From positions 160,001-224,000 of the forward strand of contig CAVPRW010000024.1 in the NCBI GenBank assembly GCA_963707985.1: a stretch of 64,000 bases of DNA, in the 5' to 3' direction. Under the pieces are notes generated by a model. The model was not told the origin of the DNA. It worked only from the letters and a program-made list of their open reading frames with translations, and ran no database searches. This DNA is from an uncultured Nitrospinota bacterium (GTDB taxonomy: Bacteria; Tectomicrobia; Entotheonellia; J063; CAVPRW01). Shown here piece by piece: positions 51,323 to 61,287 of this stretch. The first letter of the stretch is position 1. Every line of letters starts with the position of its first letter. The translations under genes and the position numbers were made by a program.

Positions 51323-51763
51323 CTAACGATCCGGATTTTTCAGGCGCCGCATCAGGAGGATCTGGCTGCGGTGTCCGAGCTCATGACCGCCAAGGATCTG
51401 CAGGATGCGATCCAGACTCATCTGCATCCCACGCGGGCCGGCATAGGTCTTCTGGAGGTCAGCGTCCTCCCATTGCCGCATGAGCTCGATCGTGCGGCCG
51501 CGTAGGCTCTTAAAATCATTCACCAGGCTTTCCGTGGTGGGATTGGTTTGCGGTGTGCGCGGTTGCACCTCTTGTCCCATGACGAAGCGATTGATGAAGG
51601 TATCCTCCGCCTGCACAATGTGCCGCATCATATCACCGATGGTGCGGACCTTCTCGTGCTGCACAGGTTTCCATTCAAGCTCTTCCGGGCTGACTCCCTC
51701 CAGTGCTTGAAGCGTCTGGTCAAGCTGCGTTTCCATTTGCGGGTATTTCTCCAGTGCTTTCAT
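51323..51763 (-). CDS. DinB family protein
   Basis: TIGDMMRHI...E and HELGHRSQI His triad. Confidence 0.85.
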   Translation of the reverse strand: MKALEKYPQMETQLDQTLQALEGVSPEELEWKPVQHEKVRTIGDMMRHIVQAEDTFINRFVMGQEVQPRTPQTNPTTESLVNDFKSLRGRTIELMRQWEDADLQKTYAGPRGMQMSLDRILQILGGHELGHRSQILLMRRLKNPDR

Positions 51764-51857
51764 GCGATGCTTCCTCCTTTGTTGTCTGGGGAATAATCAC
51801 TCGCCCCATGGAGCTTGACGTCTGCACTGCTGCTGAGGATGTCTTCGACGCTCGAAG

Positions 51858-53450
51858 TCACCCCTGCTTCTTCACCACTTGGCCCGCCAACTTCCCGGTA
51901 TAGCGATCTTGATCGACTACCACCTGGCCATTGAGAATAACATACGGCAGGCCGGCCGGGTACTGGTGGGGTTCCTGGAATGTCGAACGCTCAGCAATCG
52001 TGTCGGGATCGAAGATGACGAGGTCCGCATCCATACCCTCACGCACGATCCCTTTTTTCCATAGTCCAAATTTCTGAGCCGGGAACGAGGTCATCTTACG
52101 GACCGCCTCTTCGATCGACAGCAAGCGCTCTTGACGGACATACTTGCCGAGAATGCGAGGATACGACCCATAAATACGGGGATGAGGCTTGCCATGGCTC
52201 CAGATGCCGTCGGTGCCGATCATGGTCGCCGGATGGCACATGACGGTGCGGACATCTTCTTCTGCCATGGTGAACATAATCATCGCTACTGCACATTCCT
52301 CATCGAGGAGCAAGTTAAAAACGCTTTCCAGCGGTTCCTCCCCGCGCATCTCGGCGATCTGCTGCAGGGATTTCCCCTCACAGACTTTGTTCCCCGCCGA
52401 CTTCACGGAAGCGATGAGAATCTCATCCCAAGTGCAGCCGCGGATCATGTTCTCGCCGTGCTGAGGATCGGCGACCATGGCGGCTCTGATGTCCCGCCGC
52501 GTCGCTGGATCACGTAGCCGCTCCACGATCTTTGGCACGCCGCCGACTTGAGCCGATGGTGGCAAGAGCGACACCAGCGTCGTGCTGCTGGCGGTATAAG
52601 GATATTGATCGACCGTGATGTCTAGACCATGCGCTCGTTCGGCATCAAGTCGTGTCAAGGTCTCACGGACTTTGCCGTGATTAGCTTTTCCCGACGCCTT
52701 GTGATGCGAGATCTGCACTGGGATTTCTGCATGCCGGCCGATCTGAATCGCCTCACCGAAGGCCTCGCACAGCCGTTCCCCCTCGTTGCGCATATGGGTC
52801 GCGTAGAGGCCACCATGGCGAGCTGCCACCTTGGCTATGTCGATGATCTCATCGGTCTGCGCATAAGTCCCCGGCACATAGACCAGGCCGGTGGAGAGGC
52901 CGAACGCCCCCTGTTCCATCGACTCGCGCATCAGCGCCTTCATGGTGTCGAGCTCAGCCGCGCTGGGAGCCCGTTGCTCGTAACCCATGGCCGCCGCCCG
53001 CAGGGCGCCATGTCCGATTAGTGGCGCAATGTTGATGGCCAATCGGGCTTGCGCGATGCTGTCGAGGTATTCGCCTAAGCTTCGCCAGTTCCAGGGCACC
53101 CCTTGTTCGGGGGCAATGAATCCCTCAACGTACTTTCTGACCAATCCGACGGTTGACGGATGCACCGGCGCAGCGGAGAACCCGCAATTGCCGTTGACCT
53201 CGGTGGTAATCCCCTGGCGTAGCTTGTAGTCCACCACGGTTTTGTCGAACGGTGTGAAATCGCCGTGGGCGTGCACATCGATGAACCCAGGGCAGACGCA
53301 CAGGCCATCGGCCTCGATCACCCGCGCCGCTTCACCCGTCATACGGCCTACGCCAGCGATGGCCGACCCTGAGACGGCGACGTCCCCCCTGAACCACGGG
53401 TTCCCAGTGCCGTCGACAACTTTGGCGTTGCGGATGATCAGATCATACAT
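51858..53450 (-). CDS. N-acyl-D-amino-acid deacylase (D-aminoacylase family)
   Basis: VDGTG, PGFIDVHAH, GNCG, STGLVY, HMRNE, SHHK, DQYPY, HPRIYG. Confidence 0.92.
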   Translation of the reverse strand: MYDLIIRNAKVVDGTGNPWFRGDVAVSGSAIAGVGRMTGEAARVIEADGLCVCPGFIDVHAHGDFTPFDKTVVDYKLRQGITTEVNGNCGFSAAPVHPSTVGLVRKYVEGFIAPEQGVPWNWRSLGEYLDSIAQARLAINIAPLIGHGALRAAAMGYEQRAPSAAELDTMKALMRESMEQGAFGLSTGLVYVPGTYAQTDEIIDIAKVAARHGGLYATHMRNEGERLCEAFGEAIQIGRHAEIPVQISHHKASGKANHGKVRETLTRLDAERAHGLDITVDQYPYTASSTTLVSLLPPSAQVGGVPKIVERLRDPATRRDIRAAMVADPQHGENMIRGCTWDEILIASVKSAGNKVCEGKSLQQIAEMRGEEPLESVFNLLLDEECAVAMIMFTMAEEDVRTVMCHPATMIGTDGIWSHGKPHPRIYGSYPRILGKYVRQERLLSIEEAVRKMTSFPAQKFGLWKKGIVREGMDADLVIFDPDTIAERSTFQEPHQYPAGLPYVILNGQVVVDQDRYTGKLAGQVVKKQG

Positions 53451-53476
53451 CGCAAGGCTCCTTCACCCTGGTAATT

Positions 53477-53507
53477 CTCCCTCCCCTGGCGGGAGAGGGT
53501 ACAGGGT
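53477..53507. repeat. Degenerate copy of the C-rich/G-rich palindromic repeat
   Basis: CTCCCTCCCCTGGCGGGAGAGGGTACAGGGT resembles 60817-60849. Confidence 0.5.
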
Positions 53508-54088
53508 AGCGCCAGATGCCCCTACAATGCGGAGCTATTATCAGACCATGTTACAATGGCTGTCAAGTCGATGGAGGAAGGATGCGTCTGGCTTCTATGC
53601 CTAGGATGTTGCATAATAGCTGCTGATCTGGAGCTGATCGTTGTCTATCTTGATCATAATTGATTATGAACAAGTATAATCATCAGGATATTCACCGCCT
53701 TTTTCCTTGATACCATATGCTCTTTGACACTCCTGGTTCAACATAATTTCCAAACGCCGATCAACGTTCAAGGATTCTCGTTTCCCATCGCCCTCCAAGA
53801 AGCGAACTCTTGTTATCGAGTGGCCCCAATATCGTACACCATCACACCTTGGGATTAAACACCGGGTGTAAGCTCTACCAAGGGGCATTACACGTGTGCG
53901 CGGCCATTGCGTCCCATGCCGAAACCGATTACGATGGGGTAAGCTGGCATGACCCGTTCCACCTCCTACCATGGGGGTCGACAACAGCCACAGGCGATAT
54001 CACGGTCGAGCCCCTGCTCAGCGGTCGGTTTCCAGACCCCAACCGCCGCAGGTTTGAAGCTCGCCCTACTGGGTTCTGGAGGTGTATT

Positions 54089-54283
54089 GTGTCGGTGACC
54101 ACGGCCCACAAAATTCTGATCTCGGTTGCGGTCCTGTTCTTCTTCGGGTATGCCTTGTGGGAGTTCCGCCAGTATTCCCGCCTGAATGAAGTGGGCGCAT
54201 TGCTGCGCAGTGTTGGGGCGTTGATCGGGGCCGTGGGATTCGGGGTGTACCTCCGGTCGTTCGTGCGCTCCTTGCGCAATTAA
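54089..54283 (+). CDS. Small two-TM membrane protein (64 aa)
   Basis: GGAGG RBS with GTG start; HKILISVAVLFFFGYALWE...GAVGFGVYLRSF. Confidence 0.6.
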   Translation: MSVTTAHKILISVAVLFFFGYALWEFRQYSRLNEVGALLRSVGALIGAVGFGVYLRSFVRSLRN

Positions 54284-54447
54284 ACCGGCTCCATGACGTG
54301 GCTGCTCGTCAACCTGGAGAACGGCGCGCAGGGAGACCTCGGGGTCCACCACTCACAAGCCTGCAGAGCGCTCGCCGACAGCTTTCCCACCGGCATCATG
54401 GCGAGCTACGCTGTCCAGCAAGAGATACTCCTCAGAGACGCGAGCGA

Positions 54448-55717
54448 TCACCCGACGCTCGCTTCGCGGACCTGCGCTTCCAACGGCAGGACGAAAAAAA
54501 AGCGGCTGCCGCGGCCGACTTCGCTCTCGACCCCGATGCGACCGCCATGCAACTCGACGATTTTCTTGCAGATGCTCAAGCCCAGCCCGGTGCTGTGCTC
54601 GCCGGCAGTCGGTTTGACGCTGGTGCGCTGGAACGCCCCGAACAGCCGGCTCAATTCTTCAGCGCGAATACCCTGGCCGTGATCGATCACTGAAAATTCA
54701 ATACCGGCCGGGATGGCGGACACCCGCAGCTGCACCACCGTATGCGTGGGAGAGAACTTTATGGCATTGCTCAGCAGATTGTTGAGCACCTGGCGAATAC
54801 GTTGTTGATCGAACACCGCCATGGGAAGATTATCGGCTACCTCGGTAGATGAGATGGATTTTCTTGCGTTCCGCCAGCAGCCGATGATAGTGTTCGGTCT
54901 CCTGGAGATAGGGTCGCATGGCCACCGGCGTGGGCTGCAGATCGATTTTCCCCGACTCGATGGTGGTAATGTCGAGCAGGTCGTTGAGCAAATTCATCAT
55001 ACCCTGCGACAGGTTGCAAATCATGGTGCCGATCTCAACACGTTCCCTCTGTCCCATCTCCCCATCGTCGTCGAGGATGAGCTCCGCCAGGTTGTGGATA
55101 TTTCCGATCGGCGACCGCAGGTCATGCGCCGCCATCCCCAACAGCTCATTTTTCAGGGTATTCATCTCCTCGAGAGCGAGATTCTTTTCCTGGAGCTCCC
55201 AGGTACGGGCCCGCACTTTGGCTTCCAACGCGTTATTGGCCTGCTGCAGTTCTGCGATCAAACACCGCCGCTCACGTAATAGGTTATGATGTTCGACCGC
55301 TTTATCGATGATGGCTTCGAGCTCGTTGGCCTCCCACGGCTTGCTGACATAGTAGTAGATTTTCCCTTGATTGATGGCCTGCATCACAGCATCGAGATCA
55401 GCATACGCGGTCATCAGGATGCGTGTCACATCGGGCTCCAGAAACGCGACGTGAGCGAGCAGTTCGGAGCCGCTTATTCCTGGCATGCGCTGATCGGCCA
55501 TGATGACGGCTATTTGCCCCTGGCGTATGATGGCCAGCGCGTCCGCAACGTCGCGAGTGCCGAGCACCTGATAGCGCCCACGGAACAACTCTTCAACGGA
55601 GGCGATGACCGCTTCGTGGTCATCGACGACGAGTAGGGTGTGCGGAGCCCCCGCAGCAATTGATGAACCATTGTGGCGAGCGCTTGGGATGATGTCTTCG
55701 ATTGGCACAGAAGCCAT
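54448..55717 (-). CDS. Hybrid response regulator / histidine kinase; 1-nt frameshift near 54846
   Basis: REC (VVDD, DQRMPG, KPW), H-box AAHDLRSP, N-box [21 protein letters not shown]. Confidence 0.9.
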
Positions 55718-55858
55718 GCGTTCGTCCCTCCCTTCTCCTTTGATCAACTTTACTCCGGGATTTCGCGGAACGCAAGATATCCGCTTCGAACACCGTCCTC
55801 CGCTCGTCGGCAGAGGGGCATCGGAAAGTCCGTGTGATCATCCCGCCGTGGATCATAC

Positions 55859-55885
55859 GCCAATCCTCTCCCAAAGGGCGAGGGA
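55859..55885. repeat. Degenerate copy of the C-rich/G-rich palindromic repeat
   Basis: GCCAATCCTCTCCCAAAGGGCGAGGGA. Confidence 0.5.
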
Positions 55886-55970
55886 GAAGGCGGGGATGGT
55901 TGTTCACATGCAGAGTCTCTGGTATAACAGGGGCAGGTAGGTATGATGAGACCGCAGGAGGAATGCATTC

Positions 55971-56862
55971 ATGTTCAAGCTGCCAATTGTGGGCCCAACC
56001 TCCCACTATTTCTATTCGCAACGGCTGAAGCTGCACTACGTCGATTGGGGCAACCCTGAGAAACCGCTCATGGTGCTTGTCCATGGCGGTCGCGACCACG
56101 CGCGCAATTGGGACCAGGTGGCGTTACAGCTGCGTCCTACGTTTCATATCATCGCACCCGACTTGCGCGGCCACGGGGATTCGCAGTGGGCACGCGGGAG
56201 CGAATATTCGATGGTCGAGTATGTGCTCGACCTAGCCCAACTCCTGGAGCAGCTCGCGGTCTTCCCGGTGCTCCTGATCGGCCATTCGCTGGGAGGCGGC
56301 ATTGTGCTGCAGTACAGTGGGGTTTATCCGGAGCGTGTGGGCAAGGTCGTGGCCATCGAAGGGTTGGGACCGACCCCGACAGGCATCATCCCACGTCCGC
56401 CATATCAACGCATGCAGGCCTGGATCAACGAAATGCAAACCTTTGCCGGCCGCCAGACGCATCGCTATGCGACGCTTGCCGATGCGGTGCAACGTATGCG
56501 CGAGGCCAACCCACGGCTGACCGAAACGATGGCGGCGCATCTCACCCTGCACGGCACCACTCGGTATGAGGATGGCACCTACACATGGAAATTCGATAAC
56601 TATGTGCGGGCCTCGTCACCGTATGATTTTAACATGGAAGACGCACGCGCCCTCTGGGAGCGCATCACCTGCCCCACCCTGCTGATTCGTGGGGCTGACA
56701 GCCGTGCCTCCGATCCGGAGCGTGATGGGCGAGCATCGGCCTTCCACCATCGGCAGTGTTGTCACCATCGCCAACGCGGCCCATTGGGTGCACCACGATC
56801 AGCTCGACGCCTTTCTGCAGGTCGTCGAGGCCTTTCTCGCAGACAGAATGCCGAAGCCGTAG
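55971..56862 (+). CDS. Alpha/beta hydrolase; 1-nt frameshift near 56760
   Basis: HGG, DLRGHGDS, GHSLGG; catalytic His segment AAHWVHHDQ is in the next frame, ending at TAG 56862. Confidence 0.88.
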
Positions 56863-56879
56863 CCAGAGGGGGTAGGAGC

Positions 56880-57714
56880 GTGTGTTTCTCCGATACACGG
56901 GTGCGACGGGTAGAGCTCATCGCGGTGGGGCGCGAGGTTCTGCGCGGTCGTGTGCTCGACACCAATTCCAATTGGCTGGCGAAGGAATTGACTGAATTGG
57001 GCGGGGAGGTCAGCCGCCTCTGTGTCGTCGATGACGTGCCTCAGGAGATCGTGCGTGAGCTCCACGCGGCCATGCAGCATGGCACCCCGGTCATCTGTAC
57101 CACGGGTGGTCTAGGGCCAACTTTCGACGATCGCACGCTCGAATCGATCGCCCAAGCCGTCGGTCTCCCCCTGGTTAGGCATGAGGCGGCTTATGCGTTT
57201 GTTGCCGAGACCTATCGGCGCCTGCATGCTGAGGGGGCGGTGACCCACTCGGATATGGTGCCGAGTCGGGAAAAGATGGCCCTGTTGCCGCAGGGGGCCG
57301 AGATGCTCCCCAATCCCAGCGGCTCGGCTCCCGGCATGCTCCTACGCTGGCGACAATACGTGATCATTGCCATGCCAGGCCCCCCCAGCGAGATGCGCCC
57401 GATGTTTAAGACCTTCGTGGCACCGCTGCTCGCAAACCCGCTGGGTCGGGCGGCATCGGCTGGAAATTGCCGTCCAGACCGATGTCGCAGATGAATCGCT
57501 GCTCAACCCATTGTTCGAACGCGTCATGGCGTCGGTAGCCGGGAGTTATCTCAAAGCCGATCCCAAAGGTTTTGGCCGAGAGGTACGGCTGGTGGTGTAC
57601 ATCACCGGCGAGGGCGCCAGCGAGGAGGCGGCACGCACCATCGTCCAACAAGCGCGCGAGCAACTCAGGAATGCTTTGGAGGCCCTAGGGCATGGGTTGG
57701 CCGCGGCGGAGTGA
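56880..57714 (+). CDS. cinA: CinA-like molybdopterin-binding (COG1058) protein; 1-nt frameshift near 57435
   Basis: VG.EVL.G..LDTN, TGGLGPTFDDRT, N..GSAPG, MPGPP.EM; AGGAG RBS before GTG. Confidence 0.82.
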
Positions 57715-58132
57715 GCGCGCCTGGGATCGGATAGTAGCGGAACACGTCATCGTGGTTCCAGAAACCCATGGCCTCACGGTGGATGATCAGGTAATGCTGC
57801 ACCCGCTGGGCCTGGGCCCGCAGCTCGGCATACCGCACCATGTCGGCATTGAGGGCCTGGTAGGCCGCCGGGTCGCCGCTGCCGTCTTGCTGCAGTCGAG
57901 CCATGGCCGGCTCGATGATTTGACGCAGCCTTGCCATGTCCCCCAGCAGCGCATCCAGGCGGTCTCCGTAACGCCCTGATTGGGAGGCGATCTCTTCCAG
58001 AATCTCCCGTTCCACTGCCGCCAATGTGTTGCGGGGCTTTGAGGTCGCTTCTTGGCGGCGATACTTCTTTTTCAGGTCATCGAGGTCGAAGCTGCCGCCC
58101 ACATGATCGAGGTCGTCCAGCGATTCTCCCAT
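57665..58132 (-). CDS. Hypothetical protein, possibly DUF6665-like
   Basis: EREILEE...YLIIHREAMGF.NH..V...YPIP pattern (family match recalled, not searched). Confidence 0.55.
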   Translation of the reverse strand: MGESLDDLDHVGGSFDLDDLKKKYRRQEATSKPRNTLAAVEREILEEIASQSGRYGDRLDALLGDMARLRQIIEPAMARLQQDGSGDPAAYQALNADMVRYAELRAQAQRVQHYLIIHREAMGFWNHDDVFRYYPIPGALTPPRPTHALGPPKHS

Positions 58133-58249
58133 GATCTCCCACCTTGACTTTGCCGACTTTCTACCCTAGTGTGGTCCCTGTGTATCGTAACGCTACAGGC
58201 GAGTCGCAACACGCCGCAAAGAGCTAACTATAACTGAAGCCATGGGTGG

Positions 58250-59029
58250 ATGGCAATGCCTTCTGGAAACGTGACACCGCAGTTGATCGTCACTGCCGAC
58301 GATTTTAACCTTTCGGAAGGGGTCAGCCGAGGCATTCTTGATGCGCATCAGCATGGTATCGTCACCGAGACGTCGGTGATGGTCAATCTCGGTGACCTAC
58401 AGCACGCGGCAGCGCTATTGGTGGGTGCCCCGCGGTTGGCAGTGGGCTTGCACCTCAATATCACGCGCGGGCAGCCGCTGGCACCACCAAGCGTGGTTGC
58501 AGGGATCCTCGGGGCGGATGGCCAGTTCTGCGGATCGCCGCAGGCGTTGCCAGTGCAGATGCAGGCTGCTACCGTGCAGGCCGAGTTCCAGGCCCAAGTG
58601 GGCGCTTTTGTGCGCGTCTTCGGCCGTCTGCCGCGGCATTTGGATACGCACCATCATGTGCACCAACACCCCGTAGTGCTAGAGGTGCTGCTCGATCTCG
58701 CGGCCTCGCTGCACCTGCCGGTACGCAGCATCGATGCGCCCATGCGTGCCACCGTGATGGCACGGGGGCTGGGCAGCCCCGCATACTTTCTGGGAGATGC
58801 GGGAGACGAACCCTATTGGACGCTAACGCGCTTACGATCAACGATTCCGACGTTGTTGCCAGGTGTCACGGAGTTGATGTGCCATCCCGGCTATTTCGAT
58901 GACGCCATCGCCTACAGCCGCTATGGTCCACAGCGCGATGTCGAACGCCAGTCTCTGTGCGCCCCTGAAGTGGCTGACATGGTACGGGAGCACGGGGTGC
59001 AGTTGGTGACCTACGCCGCCCTGCAATGA
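58250..59029 (+). CDS. ChbG/HpnK/YdjC family deacetylase
   Basis: LIVTADD, SVMVN, VGLHLN, HLDTHHHVH, ELMCHPG. Confidence 0.9.
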   Translation: MAMPSGNVTPQLIVTADDFNLSEGVSRGILDAHQHGIVTETSVMVNLGDLQHAAALLVGAPRLAVGLHLNITRGQPLAPPSVVAGILGADGQFCGSPQALPVQMQAATVQAEFQAQVGAFVRVFGRLPRHLDTHHHVHQHPVVLEVLLDLAASLHLPVRSIDAPMRATVMARGLGSPAYFLGDAGDEPYWTLTRLRSTIPTLLPGVTELMCHPGYFDDAIAYSRYGPQRDVERQSLCAPEVADMVREHGVQLVTYAALQ

Positions 59030-59045
59030 GCCTTCTGTGGCCGTG

Positions 59046-60791
59046 CTACCAGCCGATGGCATAGGCCGGTAGGAGGGTCGACAGCTCCCCGCGCGGATCA
59101 GCACCGCCGTGGACCACGCCACGGTCGCCGTCCACCTGCACGCCCACGACATAGCCTTCGATCCAATCCGGTTGAATCACGATGTGGTGCCCCTTGGCTT
59201 GCAGCGCGCGACGCACCTCATACGGCACACGGCCCTCGACCCGTAACACGCCGGGTTCGGCGGCATGGGGGTAAATCGAGCTGGGGAAATGTTTGCTGCT
59301 GAACTTTGGCGCTTCGATCGCCTCTTGTAGCGGCATACCGAACTCGACCACATTGAGGAAGCATTGCAGCGTCCACTGATCCTGCTGATCCAGTCCCATA
59401 GTGCCAAACGCCATGAACGGCTTGCCGTCGCGCAGGACGAGAGAGGGTGTCAAGGTCGTGCGCGGTCGCTTGCGCGGCTCCAAGGCATTGGGATGCTGAG
59501 AGTCCAGATAGAACACCTGAATGCGTGTCGTTAATGGGAAGCCCAGTCCTTCCACGATAGGCGACCCGGACAACCAGGCGCCGCTTGGGGTGGCTGCGAC
59601 CAGGTTGCGCTGGTCATCGACGACGGCCACATGAACCGTGCCGCGCTGCCATTCACGACCGACCAGGGGACCAGGTTTCGACCATAGCGCCTTGCCGTTG
59701 ATGGGGTCACCTGGACGCAATTCGAGGGAGGCGCGCTGGGGGTCGATCAGCGTACGGCGTGCGCTGGTATAGGGTTCCGAGAGCAACTCCTGGATGGGAA
59801 CATGCACGAAATCAGGATCACCGTAGTAGGCTTCCCGGTCCGCAAAGGCGAGCTTCGCCGCCTCGGTGACCAGATGCATGTAGTCGACCGTGTTGTGCCC
59901 CATGGCCTGTAGATCATACCCTTCCAACAGCCGCAATTGCTGCAGGAAGACCGGGCCTTGACTCCAGGGACCACACTTGAAGACCTGATAGCCGCGGTAG
60001 TGGGCGGAAACTGGGGTCTCGACCTTGGTTTCGAAAGCGGCGAGATCATCAACGTCGAGCAGTCCCCCATGGCGCTGCACAAAGGTGGCGATCTGGTGGG
60101 CGATGTCCCCCGTATAAAAGGCCTCACGAGCAGCCTTCAGACCGGCCATTCTTCCCTGGGAAGCGGATTGGCGCTCGGCCTCCAGCAGGCGTTCGAACGT
60201 CTGGGCGAGGTCAGGGTTGCGGAAGAGCGTGCCGACTTCAGGTAGTTGCATCTGAGGCAGATAGAGCTGGGCCGAGGTCGGCCAGTGTTCCTGGAACGTC
60301 TCGCGGCAATGCCAGATGGAGAATGCCAGATAATCGCTGGGACCCACCAGCCCGGCATGCACGGGGAAACCGTCACGGGCCAAATCGAGCGCTGGGTGCA
60401 GGACGTCGGCCAGCGTCATGGTGCCGAAACGTTCCAGCGCTGTGATGAGTGCTCCAGGTGCAGCTGGAACGCCTGCGGCCAGCAAGCCTTCGCCTGGAAT
60501 CAGCGCGATGCCCTGCTTGGTGAACCACTCGATGGTGGCGCGCTGAGGAGCCGTGGTGTTGCCGTTGATGGCTGACACCTGGCCTGACTCTGCCATGTAG
60601 ACGAGCATGGGCACCTCGCCACCGATGGTGTGCATGTGGGGATTCAGCACCCCCTCGGCGAAAATGGCTGCTACCGCGGCATCGACGGCATTGCCTCCGC
60701 GCTTCAGGGTGTCGACTCCAATCAATGCCGACAGGTAATGCTCCGTCGCCACCATGCCGTGCGTGCCCATGATCGTCGGACGAAAAGGCAA
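59046..60791 (-). CDS. ggt: Gamma-glutamyltransferase family protein
   Basis: GGNAVDAA, VP, KLAFADR..Y.GDP, autoprocessing GTVH, KRPRTTLTP, GGADPR. Confidence 0.92.
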   Translation of the reverse strand: MPFRPTIMGTHGMVATEHYLSALIGVDTLKRGGNAVDAAVAAIFAEGVLNPHMHTIGGEVPMLVYMAESGQVSAINGNTTAPQRATIEWFTKQGIALIPGEGLLAAGVPAAPGALITALERFGTMTLADVLHPALDLARDGFPVHAGLVGPSDYLAFSIWHCRETFQEHWPTSAQLYLPQMQLPEVGTLFRNPDLAQTFERLLEAERQSASQGRMAGLKAAREAFYTGDIAHQIATFVQRHGGLLDVDDLAAFETKVETPVSAHYRGYQVFKCGPWSQGPVFLQQLRLLEGYDLQAMGHNTVDYMHLVTEAAKLAFADREAYYGDPDFVHVPIQELLSEPYTSARRTLIDPQRASLELRPGDPINGKALWSKPGPLVGREWQRGTVHVAVVDDQRNLVAATPSGAWLSGSPIVEGLGFPLTTRIQVFYLDSQHPNALEPRKRPRTTLTPSLVLRDGKPFMAFGTMGLDQQDQWTLQCFLNVVEFGMPLQEAIEAPKFSSKHFPSSIYPHAAEPGVLRVEGRVPYEVRRALQAKGHHIVIQPDWIEGYVVGVQVDGDRGVVHGGADPRGELSTLLPAYAIGW

Positions 60792-60808
60792 AGCGTTTCT
60801 CCTCTTAG

Positions 60809-61201
60809 CTATTTCTCCCTCTCCCTCCGGGAGAGGGCCGGGGTGAGGGAAGTGACTTTCTCCACAACTGTTAACAACACCCCTTCAAGATTCCTGAGTA
60901 CATCCAGGTTACTGAAACGTATGATATAGATACCTCGTGTTTGCAGAAACGCAGTCCTGGCTTCATCCCCCTTCTGACCTTCCTTTGTGTAATGCTGTCC
61001 ACCATCAAGCTCGATACAGAGCCTGTAGTCATGACAATAAAAATCGAGGATGTACGGCCCAATCGAGTGCTGACGTCTGAATTTGAGTCCCAGCAGCTGA
61101 CGGCTACGGAGAATGCTCCAGAGAAGTTTTTCTGCGTCGGTCTGATCTTTGCGCAGCCTTCGCGCGAAATCGAGAAATTCAGGGTCCAAAGGGGCTTTCA
61201 T
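60809..61201 (-). CDS. DUF559 (Vsr-like) endonuclease domain protein
   Basis: ARRLRK..TDAE..LW, KFRRQH.IGPYILDFYC, IELDGGQH, RF.N. Confidence 0.92.
   Translation of the reverse strand: MKAPLDPEFLDFARRLRKDQTDAEKLLWSILRSRQLLGLKFRRQHSIGPYILDFYCHDYRLCIELDGGQHYTKEGQKGDEARTAFLQTRGIYIIRFSNLDVLRNLEGVLLTVVEKVTSLTPALSRREREK
60817..60849 (-). repeat. 33-bp palindromic REP/BoxC-like repeat, left flank of DUF559
   Basis: Reverse complement CCCTCACCCCGGCCCTCTCCCGGAGGGAGAGGG; 30/33 identical to 61206-61238. Confidence 0.85.
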
Positions 61202-61205
61202 GCCA

Positions 61206-61238
61206 CCCTCACCCTAACCCTCTCCCGGAGGGAGAGGG
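61206..61238 (+). repeat. 33-bp palindromic REP/BoxC-like repeat, right flank of DUF559
   Basis: CCCTCACCCTAACCCTCTCCCGGAGGGAGAGGG; hairpin CCCTCTCCC/GGGAGAGGG. Confidence 0.85.
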
Positions 61239-61287
61239 CATGTAAAACAGACAAAAGAGGGAAGTATGCACACTTTCACCTCGACCC

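Noticed and set aside
53580..54080. AT-richer patch with ORFs 53664-53984 and the long N-terminal extension of 53810-54283
   Set aside because: No motif or RBS support; the small membrane protein is better started at GTG 54089.
55971..57494. Apparent 507-aa alpha/beta hydrolase-CinA fusion in the ORF track
   Set aside because: The hydrolase catalytic His segment and its own stop (56862) are in another frame, and cinA has its own RBS and GTG. The fusion is a frameshift artefact.
2023..57714. Programmed ribosomal frameshifting or phase variation at the split genes
   Set aside because: There are no slippery heptamers or long simple-sequence tracts at most sites, and the affected genes are unrelated. 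Sequencing error is the simpler explanation.
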